A DNA stretch of 44,512 bases, taken from positions 1,028,124-1,072,635 of the forward strand of contig NC_057754.1 of the NCBI RefSeq assembly GCF_004010195.1. The letters run 5' to 3'. Below the pieces are notes generated by a model. The model made no database searches and had not been told where the DNA came from. It worked only from the letters and a program-made list of their open reading frames with translations. A program made the translations under genes and the position numbers. The DNA comes from Chiloscyllium plagiosum (lineage: Eukaryota). This document shows, in pieces, positions 24,001 to 34,910 of this stretch. Each line of letters starts with the position of its first letter. Positions within the stretch are counted from its first letter, which is position 1.

Positions 24001-27000
24001 CCAATGTTCCCAAACCAGATAAAGCAGAGGAGATTGGAATGTAATCTTCAGCGACATCTGTGGAGAGATGAGAGGGAGCAGACAAGCCAGGGTGAGACAC
24101 AAACAGGCCCTTAGCTCCCATTGCCAGATACAGTTCAGAGGTTGTAAAGATCATAGTGCGAGTGAGCCACAGAACATAGTCTTCCCCCAGTCTGCCACTC
24201 ACTGTTCACAAATAACCTTCAGAGCAACACTGAGTCTCAGTTCTACACGAGTGTACAGCACCCTACCAGTGTGACCACAAGACAGGGATAAGGCAGACCC
24301 TGCTTGATTGGCACCACACCCACTCCCTCCCCCCTCTGACGCTCAGTAGCAGCAGTGTGTACCATCTACAAGTTGCACTGTAGAAACTCAGAAGACCCTC
24401 AGGCAGCACCTTCCAAACCTAATTGATATTAGTGTCAAGCTTTTTTGTGGGGGAACGGGGGTGTTGCCTGATTAATCTAGAAGTGAAAATCTAGAACGCA
24501 CACCCCTACCCTCACCACCTCCTACCCCTAACCACCCTGTTGCAGAAGCTGTAGTGGGACAGGCTCAGAGGATCTGACAAATGGCCTCCTGTATAACAAG
24601 GAAATAAAGAGAAAAAAAAACACTCTTTCCAAGAGGGAGTCTGGAGTGAGGGGAGGTCAGAGCCCACAGATGATAAAACAGCTGAGGGAGGGCTGTTAGT
24701 GTACACGCGCAGCTTGGCGTTATAATACCAGAAAGTATTCAGGACAGCAGAGATCCTGGGAGTGAGTGAGCGAGCGAATGAGTGAGTGACTCCAGAGAAC
24801 CCACTTTTGTGTGAGCGGGTCTTTCTATCCGCCTTCAGCGTCGCATCCTTGACCCGATTGTGATACTCGATGAGGAAGGTCCTCTCGTGCTCAAAGAACT
24901 CGTCCACTTCCTGCAGGAGAAAGAGGATAAACGTTAGCGCGGTCTGTCAGAGCATTCAGGAAAAACTAGATCATCCCCTCAGGTACTCGAATGAACACAG
25001 GGGAGACCATAGGGGGCAAGGACTAAATCGCCAGGATAATGGGCCATGTGTCCTGGGAGTGTTTGATGGGATAAAACAGTGTAGTACTCTGTACCTGTTT
25101 GATGGGAGTGAAAAGAGAAAAATGTAAAAGGAAATTTAAACATTTTTGTTTTCGTTTCTCATTTCCAGCATCAGCAGTTATTTCCAGTTTTTTGTTCAAG
25201 GGAATTTACTTTCAGTTTACAAAGAGGGGAGAGGGAGAGTTATTGTGTTCAACATTTACAGATACTCTCTACAAGAAGTGATATATTAACTGAGCGGAGT
25301 TGCTGAGTTGGTTTCTCCAATATAAAAAGGAAAGATTGTGACAAGGTCAGATGTACCTTCATGCCAGAGATGCCAGTTATTATTGCTTCATCAGCGGTCT
25401 TCACAATGTTCTTTAGAAAACCACCCAGGATCTCCTTCCTATTCTTACCACGGACGCTCAGCTGTGGTTTAAACAAAGATTAAAAAAAAAAAAATCAGAG
25501 TTCAGGTTTTCCAGCTCATTTCCCCATCTCAGGGCACCCCAAAGTTTCACATCCAACAGAGGACTCTTTGGAGAGCACTCCCTGTTGTAAACTAGCAAAG
25601 CAGACACACACACCAATGGGAGTGAACCAGATCAGCTGGTTTTATTTGGTGGATGTCAGTTTCCTTCCCTAAAGGACATTAGTGAACTTGATGGGCTTTC
25701 CCCCAACCAAAACAATGAGATGCTTAATTCCAGACTTATTTTTAAAGAAAAAAAAAGATAATCCAAACTCCATCTTCCATAGCAGGATTCAAACTTGGGT
25801 CCCCAGACTGTTATCAGGGGATCTGGATCAACAGTCCATCGATTACACCATTGGACCGTTACTGGTCAGTGTGATGTTGGATCAAGGATTCCTACCCCAA
25901 GCTCAGTGGTGCTTACTCATTGCTGAGCCCACATCACCCTGAGCAGAGCTGTGCTACTTCAGTGCTGACCCTCATGACCTTGGAGGAGACAGAGCTTCCT
26001 AGAATCAGAATCCCTCATGTGGAAGCAGGCCATTTGGCCCATCAAGTCCATAACAACCGCCCCCCTCTACACTGCAACTTAGCATGGCTCATTCACCTAA
26101 CCTGCACATCTCTGTATTGTGGGAGGAAATCCACACAGACATGGGGGGGAAGAATGTGCAGAGTTTGCACACTCCGCAAGAGGGTGGAATTGAACCTGGG
26201 TCCCTGGCACTGTGAGGCAGCAGTGTTAACCACTGAGCATCCTCCTGGTTGGCACGATGCCTGATTGGAGGGGCTATGGGTAAAAAAGACAGGCAGAACA
26301 ATCCTGGGGAGTGGGAGGGAAAGGTGTACACCGCAGTGAGGGAACAGTTCTGTAAACCTGGGTTCGATGACAGCAGCAACGATGGAGGAATTAGTGAGGG
26401 AGATGTTGACCCCCCCCCACTCCCCAGCCAGGAAGCAGTTAGACCTACCTCCTGATCATACTCCAGAAATACGTAGAAATTGTGGTCCCCCCTTAGCTGC
26501 GGGTGAGCAGCAAGACGTTGCAGGAAGACCTCGTGCATGGCTACCGTCTTTTTAAAGATGGCCAGGTACTCCCTGTGAGGAGACAGGCAGAGAGAAAAAG
26601 ACAATAATTAGACAGAGTGCACGACAGAGCGAGGAAATAAAGGGTTTCGGGAGGAAAGAAAAAAAAAAGTCTTTAGCCAGAGAGCAGGGTGGAGGCTGAA
26701 CTCACTCACACGAAAGAGAATGGTCGAGGTGAATTGTGTCGGTAAAATAAGGCAAAAACTCAGCAAACTCACTAGGGCCATTGGGATGGAACGAGTGTGA
26801 GGGGAGGTTTGGGGAGATGATCAAGCAGGTGGAAGGTGGCAGCACGTGGGGAGTAAGAACAGCCGCTGCTGGGCTGAAGGGCCTCCTGCAAGAGGACATA
26901 GAATTGCTCCAGCACAGAAAGAGGCCATTCAGCTGACAGAATCTGTACTGACCCTCCAGTGGGCATCCTACCCAGATCCAGCCTTTCACCTTACCTGCAG

Positions 27001-30000
27001 ATCGCCACGTTATCATGACAAAATGGCCCTAGCCTGCGTATTCCTAGACTCTCAGGAATTCCCAAGAGGAGCATATTCGCATTTGGATATTTAGATGTGG
27101 GAAGGCCCCAAAGTTGGTTAGGCCACTTTTGGAATATTGTGTGCAATTCTGGTCTCCCTCTTATTGGAAAGATGTTGTGAAACTTGAAAGGATTCAGAAA
27201 AAATTTACAAAGATGTTGCCAGGATTGGAGGATCTGAGCTACAGGGAGAGGCTGAACAGGCTGGGGCTGTTTTCCCTGGAGCGTTGGAGGCTGAGGGGTG
27301 ACCTTATAGAGGTTTACAAAATTATGAGGGACATGGATAGGATAAATAGACAAAGTCTTTTCCCTGGGGTTGGGGAGTCCAGAACTAGAGGGCATAGGTT
27401 TGGGGAGAGAGGGGAAAAATATAAAAAGGGACCCAAGGGGCAACTTTTTTCCCCCAGAGGGTGGTACGTGTATGGAATGAGCTGCCAGAGGAAGTGGTGG
27501 AGGCTGGTACAATTGCAACATTTAAGAGGCATTTGGATGGGTATATGAATAGGAAGGGTTTGGAGGGATATGGGCCGGGTGCTGGCAGGTGGGACTAGAT
27601 TGGGTTGGGATACCTGGTCGGCATGGACAGGTTGGACCGAAGGGTCTGTTTCCATGCTGTACATCTCTAATGACTCCAATAGGTTAACACAAGAGGCTGC
27701 GGACAGGTAGGGGCCAGGGTGCGAGTGAGAGTCTATGAGAGGGTCAGCCCCAGAGAGTCACCCCCACCCCAGTCACTTACGATTCCAGCTCTTGCTTCAT
27801 CTTAGCAAACTCCTCCCGCGTCATGGACCCATCCCCCTCCCCAAGTTTCTGCAGTTTCTCCCGCGACGCGTCAAAGTTTGGTTTTGGAGGGGCAGGAGGA
27901 ATCTGGGGGGGGAAAAAAAAAACAAAACAATGTTTCAGTTGTTCAGGTGACAGCAAAGGAGACGCTGTCTTTCAGTGCATGGCGACTACTGGAAGGTGGC
28001 AGAATTCTCTGTCCATTGTACACAGGGCGATCCCAACTTCCTTCCAGCAGTGTGCCAATCACCCAGACAGACACTGCTCACGAAAGGCATTAGCCCCAGA
28101 GACAACCCCTCCATCCATAGACTGCCCCACTTCACTACCATAGGGTATAGGCAGCACTGGCCGGGTCAGCATTTGTTGCCTTTTCCCAACGGCCCAGAGG
28201 GCATTAAAGAGTTATCCACATAGCTGGGGGTCTGGAGACATGTACAGGCCACACCAGGTAAAGATGTCAGATATCCTTCCTTGAAGGACATTAGTGACCC
28301 AGATGGTTTCCACAACATGTGATGATGGGCTCATGGTCACTTAACTCCTCAAGGCAGGATTTATTTTCTGCCGTCACAGCATTCAAACTCCAGGTCTCTG
28401 GATTAACATCTACTGAAAATACCATTAGGCCGACACCTCACCCTACAGTGGGAGCTTTCCTCTGTATCCAACGCTGCGCTGTCCCTGTCCTAGCAGGGAG
28501 GGAGTGTAGAGGGAGCTTTCCTCTGTATCTAACCCTGTGCTGTCCCTGTCCTGGGAGTGTTTGATGGGGGACAGTGTAGAGGGAGCTTTACTCTGTATCT
28601 AACCCTGTCCTGGGATCTGTTGGATGTTAGACAGTGTAGGGGGAAGCTTTACTCTGTATCTAATCCAGTGCAGTCCCTGTCCTGGCAGTGGGACAGCGTA
28701 GATTAGATTCGATTCCCTACAGCATGGAAACAGGCCCTTCGGCCCAACAAGTCCACACCGACCCTCCGGAGTAACCCATCTAGACCCATTTCCCGCTGAC
28801 TAATGCACCTAATACTATGGGACCATTTAGCATGACCAATTCACCTAACCTGCACATCTTTGGACTGTGGGAGGAAACCGGAGCACCCGGAGGAAACCCA
28901 CGCAGACATGGGGAGAACGTGCAAACTTCACAAAGACACCCAAGGCTGGAATCGAACCTGGGACCCTGGTGCTGAGAGACAGCAGGGCTAACCACTGAGC
29001 TGCCTTGCCGTGTAAAAGGAAGCTTTACTCAGTATCCAACACTGTGCTGTCCCCTCACTGGGAACAGCACATACAGAGAACCAACAACATTTGAGCCCGC
29101 TGTATCTGGTGCAAGCTCCTGGCAGTCGCTCACTTACTATAATCCCAGCGTAATCCTCATTTTCCAAATACGCGTCATGAAGCCATATGAACTCTTCATG
29201 TTGCCGTACCACTGAGAACTCCGGCTGCTTGAAGTGAGCAAGATTCGTCTGAGACGGAGAGAGGGAGGAGAGAAATTAGTGCTGCCAAATGTGACACAAA
29301 GCAAGATCCCACATGCAGCAACATGGGAATGACCCTAAACATGTTGGTGGAGAAATGACATTGGCTCCAGAGAGAGAACCCTCCCCCACCCAGTGTGAGG
29401 CTCCAGTAATGGAGCCTGAAGGTGTCAATCTGTATCAAACTTTACCCAAGGCCAGAGGGCTCGGCCCTCAGACACTGTGGGGACCTGGGCCACCTACCCA
29501 GTCTTCCCCTTTGTACCTACCTTGGTGTGGACTGTAAATTTCACTTTGTCTCTCTCACTGACTGCATCAGAGATCTCCACTTGCAGTGAGGAATCTGTCT
29601 GTAGATCCACCGACATGGTCCTTGACTGTACAGAACAAAAACACACCGGAGACCCACATGGTCATTCTAAAAGATGACAGCAGACCTAAACAATCCTGGT
29701 CTTTCTCAGTGTATAATTTCAATTGCATCACACTAGAAACTTTTGCTATAAATTGGGTCTTACAATCTTATACTCCACAACCACCTGATGAAGGAGCAGC
29801 AGTCCGAAAGCTAGTGTTCCAAATAAATCTGTTGGACTATAACCTGGTATATAGTGTAGTGTAATTTTTAAAGGAGAAAAAGTGAGGGCTGCAGATGCTG
29901 GAGATCAGAGCTGAAAATATATGTTGCTGGAAAAGCGCAGCAGGTCAGGCAGCATCCAAGGAGCAGGAGACTCGACGTTTCTGGCGTAAGCCTGAAGGGC

Positions 30001-33000
30001 TCATGCCCAATACATCGGTTCTCCTGCTCCTTGGATGCTGCCTGACCTGCTGCGCCTTTCCAGCAACCCATTTCCAGCTAGTAGACACACACAGACAATG
30101 TATCTAACCCCATTCTATCCCTGTCCTGGGAGTGTTTCATTGGTGGGGGTACAGTGTAGAGTGAGCTTTACTCTGGATCGAACCCACCCTACATGAATAG
30201 CCGAGGTATGGAGGGATTATGGGAGTCAGCAGGAGGCAGCTGGGACTAGTTTAGTTTGGGGTTTAAATGGTCAGCATGGACTGGTTGGGCCGAAGGGTCT
30301 GTTTAATGTGCTGTGTGACTGTACACCTGGTGACTGCCGCCCAGGGGTCAAACAGGGTGCGGATGCGGTTAGGAAGGCATTGAGGTGACACTCCTGTCTG
30401 ACCAACACCCCCAACTCTCACGTGCAGATATTCAGGCACACAGTCCACCCCAGCTCACACATTTTTGCCACACCTACCCCCTCCCTTTCACACCCCTCCC
30501 CCCCAGTAGTTAAAAAAAAAAAAAGGAGAGTGATGTGGATTACCAGAGAACCTCTAGAGTGCACAAACCAAAAAAAACAAACATTCCCAGTCAGTGTCCT
30601 TTATCCTCACTGAACACAACCTCATCAATACTCTCTTCCGAAGATACAGAAGCTTAAAACACCAACAGGTTCAGGAACAGCTTCTTCCCTGCTGTTATCA
30701 GGCTGCTGAACCCCCAGACCTCTCTCTAACGTTGATCTCCCTCACCCACCCTGTACAGCTGTAACCCTGTAGGTTTCACTTTGTCCAAGTGCCCCACCAT
30801 CCATATGCCCTTATCTGCCTGTACTGCTCACTTTTCACTGTACACAGGACTACAGTAAATCTCTGCTCTCTCATTCACCAACCCACAGGTGAGACTGTAA
30901 TCACGGGCCAAACTCTAATGGCTTCCACAGATTGATGTAGTTAATCCTGTCCCAGGACATGGGCGGCTGCTGAGGTGGAGGATTTGTTGCCCGCCCCCAA
31001 TTGCCCCTCCACTATTTGGGAGGGCAGTCAAGAGGCAACCACATTGCTGCGACTCCATGCTCATGAAAGCCAGACTGGCTAATCTGTCCTCCCTAAAAAA
31101 AGGAAAAAAGGGCCCTGGGGACCCTGGTTAAAAACCAATAAAGGTTGTTATAATCACCATCACTGGCTTTCCATTCCAAATCTGACTGTTAAGATGTTCA
31201 CCATTACATTCCACCAACTGCCTGTAGCAGGATTTGAACTCTATATTCCTGTTAAACGGTGACGGGGCTTCCATGTTGGCCTGGTGGCTATTCACTGTAG
31301 GTCCTTTGCAGGGATGGGGTGTAGATGAGTCACAACATCCATCTGGCACTTGACATTTTGCCCCAAGAGTGTGCCAAGTCTCAGATGAACCAGTAGGGGT
31401 AAAACTAAAATAAAATGTGCCTCAGCGTTGAGAGAGAGAGAAGGAAAACAAAAGTTGAGCAGCTGTGGGCTCTACATACAACATCTTTGCTCTGATCAAA
31501 TCTCTGCTCACTTCATTGTTCTACTCTGTCAATAGAAGTTGTGATGTTTTGGTTTTTCCATCACAGAACATTAGCAGTTTATAGAGTCATTAGAGATGTA
31601 CAGCATGGAAACAGACCCTTCGGTCCAACCCGTCCATGCTGACCCAGATATCCCAACCCAATCTAGTCCCACCTGCCAGCACCCGGCCCATATCCCTCCA
31701 AACCCTTCCTATTCGTATACCCATCCAAATGCCTCTTAAATGTTGCAATTGTACCAGCCTCCACTTCCTCTGGCAGCTCATTCCATACACGTACCACCCT
31801 CTGCGTGAAAACATTGCCCCTTAGGTCCCTTTCCCCTCTCACCCTGAACCTATCCCCTTCAGTTCTGGACTCCCCAATCCCAGGGAAAAGACTTTGTCTA
31901 TTTTTCTTATCCATGATATATTTCCAAGTCAGGATGGGGGGGGGGGGGGCAAAAAATGGGGGGAGCTCCCAAACCCTTGTCCCTCTAGACTGGAGTGGCC
32001 GTGGGTTTGAAAGGTGCTGTCTGAGGACCCTTGTTGAATCTCCGCGGTACACCCTGCAGAAGGCGCACATTGCCACCACCAAACGTAGTGGGGGAGGGAG
32101 ATGACTTTATAAAATAATTAAATGTACATCACTGGTTGCCCGAACATTTATTGCCCATTCCTATTTGCCCCTCCAGAAGTAGGGGATTAATGATATGCCT
32201 TTTTTGATCTGCTGCAGTCCATGGGGTGTACAGACACCAGAGGGTTATAAGGGCAAGAGGTGCGGGATTTCAACTGTGAAAGAATAGCGATATATTTCCA
32301 AGTCAGGATGGGGAGTGGCTTGGAGGGAGGCTTGCAGGGGATGGGGCTCCCATGTATAGAATGGGATTGTTTTATATTTAGAACCCCTACAGTGTGGGAA
32401 CAGGCCCTTCGAACCAACTAATCCACACGAACCTTCCGAAGAATACCCCCGCCCCCCCAATCATTATCTATTACTCAATTTCCTGATGAAGGGCTTTTGC
32501 CCGAAACGTCGATTTTACTGTTCCTCGGATGCTGCCTGAACTGCTGTGCTCTTCCAGCACCACTAATCCAGAATCTATTACTCTATATTTATCCTGGAAG
32601 CAAACCCAGGTCCCTGACGCTGAGGCAACACTGCTGCCCTTGTCCTTCTAGATGGAAGTGGTCATGGGTTTGGAAACTGACATCTGAGGAGCCTCAGCAT
32701 ATTGCATCTCTCTCTAATGTAGGGCAGCTACCTAGGTACATCAGTCTTTTAGGTGAGTGCAGACCAAGAACTGGGTTACTCACAACCTATGGTTCCAGAT
32801 TCCGCAAATTAACCCCTACAACATCCCTCCCTGTCCCCCACATCTTTTTTTAAAAAAGGCTGTCAATTGTTCAGTCTCTTGAGCTAAAGAACAACAAAAA
32901 AGGAAAAGAAATTCTAATTAACTCAACACTTAGGATCTGAAAAATGTGGGAAAGGAAAGGAGACAGAGAGAAAAGCAGCAAAAACCAAAAACAGCATTTT

Positions 33001-34217
33001 TAAGGATGAGGTTTAAAAAAAAGCATTGCAAATGCAAGAGACACATTTTAAGTGAACATCCTTTTTTTCCCCCCAAAAAGGAAACCAAACAAACATTTTA
33101 AATACACCTACAACTGGCACAAAGCATTTAGAAGAGATGTACAAGGTGTTGCCAGGGTTGGAAGGTTTGAGCAGTAGGGAGAGGCTGAATAGTCTGGGAC
33201 TGTTTTCCTGAAGCATCAGAGGTTGAGGGGGGACCTTATAGCAGTTTATAAAAAATTATGACAGGCATGGATAGAGTAAAATAAACAGTTCTTTTCCCTA
33301 GGGTGGGAGAGGCCAGAACTAGAGGGCATAGGTTTAGGGTGAGGGGGAAAGATTTAAGAGGGGACCTAAGGGGCAACATTTTTCCATACAGAGTGTGGTG
33401 AGTATATGGAATGAGCTGCCAGGCAAAGTGGCAGAGGTTGATACAATTACAACATTTAAAAAGCATCTGGATGGGTACATGAATAGGAAGGAAGGGTTTG
33501 AGAGAGATATGGGGCAAGTGCAACTAGATTAATTTAGGATATTTGGTTGGCATGGACCAAAGGGTCTGTTTCCATGCTGTACATCTCTATAACCCTCTCC
33601 ATGTAAGTGCACATCCATTTTAAAAAGGTGCACCCTGTCTAAGACGTACCTACCACTTGTTCAATTTGAAAACAAAATGAATGGCTGGGGGGGCAAAGTG
33701 GAAGAGAGATATAAGCCTTGAGGCTGGAGGGATAACATTGCGAGAAGCAGGAGTTAATAGGGACACATTACAAATCCACAGGGCAAATGTTTAATTTGTT
33801 AAAAAAGAACACAACAAATCACACAGAAGCCAGACAGATGATGATCTGCAACAGAAAACAAACAACAGATACTGTGTCAGGAGGCAGCAGATGGAACAAT
33901 GACAAGGACTCAGAGAGAGGGTGGGGGTACACATTTTGTTTCTCTTGCTCAGCAATTACCAGAGGGACACCCAAATAGCAATACTTCAGAGAATAATCCA
34001 ATTTTTTTCCATTTGCCTTGCTAAGGAAACATTTAAAAAAAAGTTAGCACTGCCTTTCCACATCAAGCTGAGCAGCTTTCTGATTGCATAACAACACAAT
34101 CAGTGCAAAGGTAAATTTAAGATACCTTTTCAGAATGAATATGCAAGGACACAGCTTATAGCAGATAAGGTTTACCTTGTAGTCCTCCCCCTCAAACAGG
34201 TCTGTGCTCCCCTCCAT
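18016..34217 (-). CDS. SNX32: Sorting nexin-32 (SNX5/6/32 PX-BAR family), 13 coding exons, 405 aa
   Basis: Exon sizes 42,105,111,122,124,105,106,76,40,87,160,86,54 (1218 nt) splice in frame. SNX32-type segments: [82 protein letters not shown]. Confidence 0.95.
18616..18701 (-). CDS. SNX32: SNX32 exon 12 ([29 protein letters not shown])
   Basis: cccatag| ... AAG|gtaggt. Confidence 0.95.
18991..19305 (-). mobile_element. HE1-like V-SINE
   Basis: tRNA-like head (ggtggcttagttgttagcactgctgcctcacagcgccagggccctgggttcaattcc on -), V-domain and LINE-like tail. Confidence 0.85.
19940..20548 (-). mobile_element. HER1/CR1-like LINE 3' fragment
   Basis: ORF 20256-20552 [19 protein letters not shown]... 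plus 3' tail. Confidence 0.92.
20660..20819 (-). CDS. SNX32: SNX32 exon 11 ([53 protein letters not shown])
   Basis: tgcccag| ... G|gtaaag. Confidence 0.96.
21230..21600 (-). mobile_element. Fragment of a second CR1-like LINE family (also about 24290-24420, 31915-32350, 38310-38530, 39150-39635)
   Basis: Frameshifted peptides [36 protein letters not shown] recurring in the window. Confidence 0.7.
22296..22443. mobile_element. Tc1/mariner-type MITE, same family as 13635-13783
   Basis: TA|CAGAGGAACC...TTATCC and GGATAA...GGTTTCCTCTG|TA; TA at 22294-22295 and 22444-22445; shares internal ACAAGATC.C..GGTCC. Confidence 0.8.
22451..22537 (-). CDS. SNX32: SNX32 exon 10 ([29 protein letters not shown]), GC donor
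   Basis: tctgtag| ... AAG|gcaagt. Confidence 0.93.
22633..22672 (-). CDS. SNX32: SNX32 exon 9 ([13 protein letters not shown])
   Basis: gttgcag| ... CGG|gtaaga; 40 nt. Confidence 0.94.
23317..23905 (+). mobile_element. tRNA-derived SINE (second family; other copies about 2190-2560, 12865-13035, 19570-19820, 25655-25860, 28150-28430, 30950-31260), interrupted by the insert at 23574-23855
   Basis: A-box-like TGGCCTGCTGGT and B-box-like GGTTCGAGTGCC; body shared with the listed copies. Confidence 0.65.
23574..23855. mobile_element. Family C PLE-derived insert with inverted terminal arms and degenerate hammerhead cores
   Basis: TSD ATGAGCAATAAATG at 23560-23573 and 23856-23869; arms about 23574-23648 and 23748-23814. 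Confidence 0.72.
23982..24057 (-). CDS. SNX32: SNX32 exon 8 ([26 protein letters not shown])
   Basis: tccacag| ... AA|gtagga. Confidence 0.94.
24805..24910 (-). CDS. SNX32: SNX32 exon 7 ([35 protein letters not shown])
   Basis: cctgcag| ... AAAA|gtgggt. Confidence 0.95.
25357..25461 (-). CDS. SNX32: SNX32 exon 6 ([35 protein letters not shown])
   Basis: accacag| ... AAG|gtacat. Confidence 0.95.
26000..26238 (-). mobile_element. HE1-like V-SINE
   Basis: Same head and V-domain as 18991-19305. Confidence 0.78.
26449..26572 (-). CDS. SNX32: SNX32 exon 5 ([41 protein letters not shown])
   Basis: ctcacag| ... GAG|gtaggt. Confidence 0.96.
27114..27677 (+). mobile_element. HER1/CR1-like LINE 3' fragment
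   Basis: ORF 27114-27548 [19 protein letters not shown]... plus 3' tail. Confidence 0.92.
27781..27902 (-). CDS. SNX32: SNX32 exon 4 ([40 protein letters not shown])
   Basis: cccccag| ... TC|gtaagt. Confidence 0.96.
28440..28700. repeat. About 68-bp minisatellite, about 4 degenerate units
   Basis: Unit ggggacagtgtagagggagctttactctgtatctaaccctgtgctgtccctgtcctgggagtgtttgat. Confidence 0.8.
28700..29010 (-). mobile_element. HE1-like V-SINE
   Basis: Head, V-domain and tail ending in (agatt)n on +. Confidence 0.87.
29138..29248 (-). CDS. SNX32: SNX32 exon 3 ([37 protein letters not shown])
   Basis: gtctcag| ... ATA|gtaagt. Confidence 0.96.
29521..29625 (-). CDS. SNX32: SNX32 exon 2 ([35 protein letters not shown])
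   Basis: ctgtacag| ... AAG|gtaggt. Confidence 0.95.
29700..29870 (+). mobile_element. Family B PLE terminal-repeat fragment with hammerhead motif at 29782-29816
   Basis: CAC-CUGAUGA-A-GGA-gcagcag-UCC-GAAA-GC-UA-GUG followed by the family B tail. Confidence 0.72.
29872..30080. mobile_element. Older family A fold-back insert (imperfect inverted repeat, decayed hammerhead)
   Basis: gttgctggaaaagcgcagcaggtcaggcagcatccaaggagcaggag and its reverse complement. Confidence 0.8.
30630..30860 (+). mobile_element. Rex1/Babar-like LINE 3' end
   Basis: Translates RRYRSLK../[17 protein letters not shown]. Confidence 0.65.
31580..31915 (-). mobile_element. HER1/CR1-like LINE 3' tail
   Basis: Near identical to the tails at 5900-6210 and 27350-27677. 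Confidence 0.9.
32477..32572 (+). mobile_element. Family A PLE-derived insert in an HE1 SINE
   Basis: TSD ATCTATTACTC at 32466-32476 and 32573-32583. Confidence 0.8.
32480..32514 (+). ncRNA. Minimal hammerhead ribozyme motif (family A, intact core)
   Basis: UUC-CUGAUGA-A-GGGC-uuuu-GCCC-GAAA-CG-UC-GAUU. Confidence 0.72.
33125..33592 (+). mobile_element. HER1/CR1-like LINE 3' fragment
   Basis: Homologous to the other HER1 copies. Confidence 0.85.
34176..34217 (-). CDS. SNX32: SNX32 coding exon 1 ([14 protein letters not shown])
   Basis: gcagcaATGG start, AAG|gtaaac donor, phase 0 matches exon 2, at the edge of a CpG-rich region. Confidence 0.75.
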
Positions 34218-34269
34218 TGCTGCTCCTGGAAACTGGGAGGGCTCTATTCACCTCTGGGAGGTCCACAGT

Positions 34270-34845
34270 TCCCGACGAGGGGCGCGACCCCTCTTGTACC
34301 AACGCACGCCTCGTCGGCAGCCCGCCGTACCCCGCTCGGATTGGCCCTTACCCCGCGACGGCCACCGCCCTCGGTTCCGGTTGGTCCGGCACCGCGTCCA
34401 TCAGACAAATCCCACCCACTCCTTAAAGCGGACCCGCGACCAACGGAGATCAGCCGAAAGCGTTTGCTTTTTCTTTCCTTTTACTTTCGCCCCCCGAATG
34501 TCTTCCTGATTTTTGTTAAAAAAAAGAGTAAGCGGTTTCATTTACTTTCACGCTACTTCGGTACTTGAGACGTCGGGGCAGAGGGGGGGGGAAGGTAGAG
34601 GAGTAAGATCATATGATATCTGCTTTTATGTATCTCCTCAATAAACAGGTTGCTGAGGAGCAGCTCACAGATAAAAGAAGAACATTAGTTCATTTTCTCA
34701 GTTGGGGGACCTGGAGTTTGTTTTGCTTCTGACGGAGAGAAGTTTCCAGATTGAGCCCGCGGCTCCTTTAAGAGCGTCCGGTCACATGACCTTCGGGGAA
34801 AGGGCGGGAGATCGACAGGAGCTTCGCGGAGCCGGAAGTGCAACT
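34270..34845 (-). promoter_or_regulatory. SNX32 CpG-rich promoter and 5' region: GGTCACATGACC 34780-34791, GC box 34802-34808, ETS/GABPA CCGGAAGTG 34832-34840
   Basis: CpG-rich stretch immediately upstream of the SNX32 start codon; motifs read directly. Confidence 0.7.
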
Positions 34846-34910
34846 AATGTCATTGACCCTTATTCTTCCATCAATAACCCAACCCCTCATTAAATACCCC
34901 TCAATCTCCC

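Noticed and set aside
18016..34217. Calling the gene SNX6 or SNX5
   Set aside because: Exon 6 ([24 protein letters not shown]) and DYIPIS match SNX32-type sequence better
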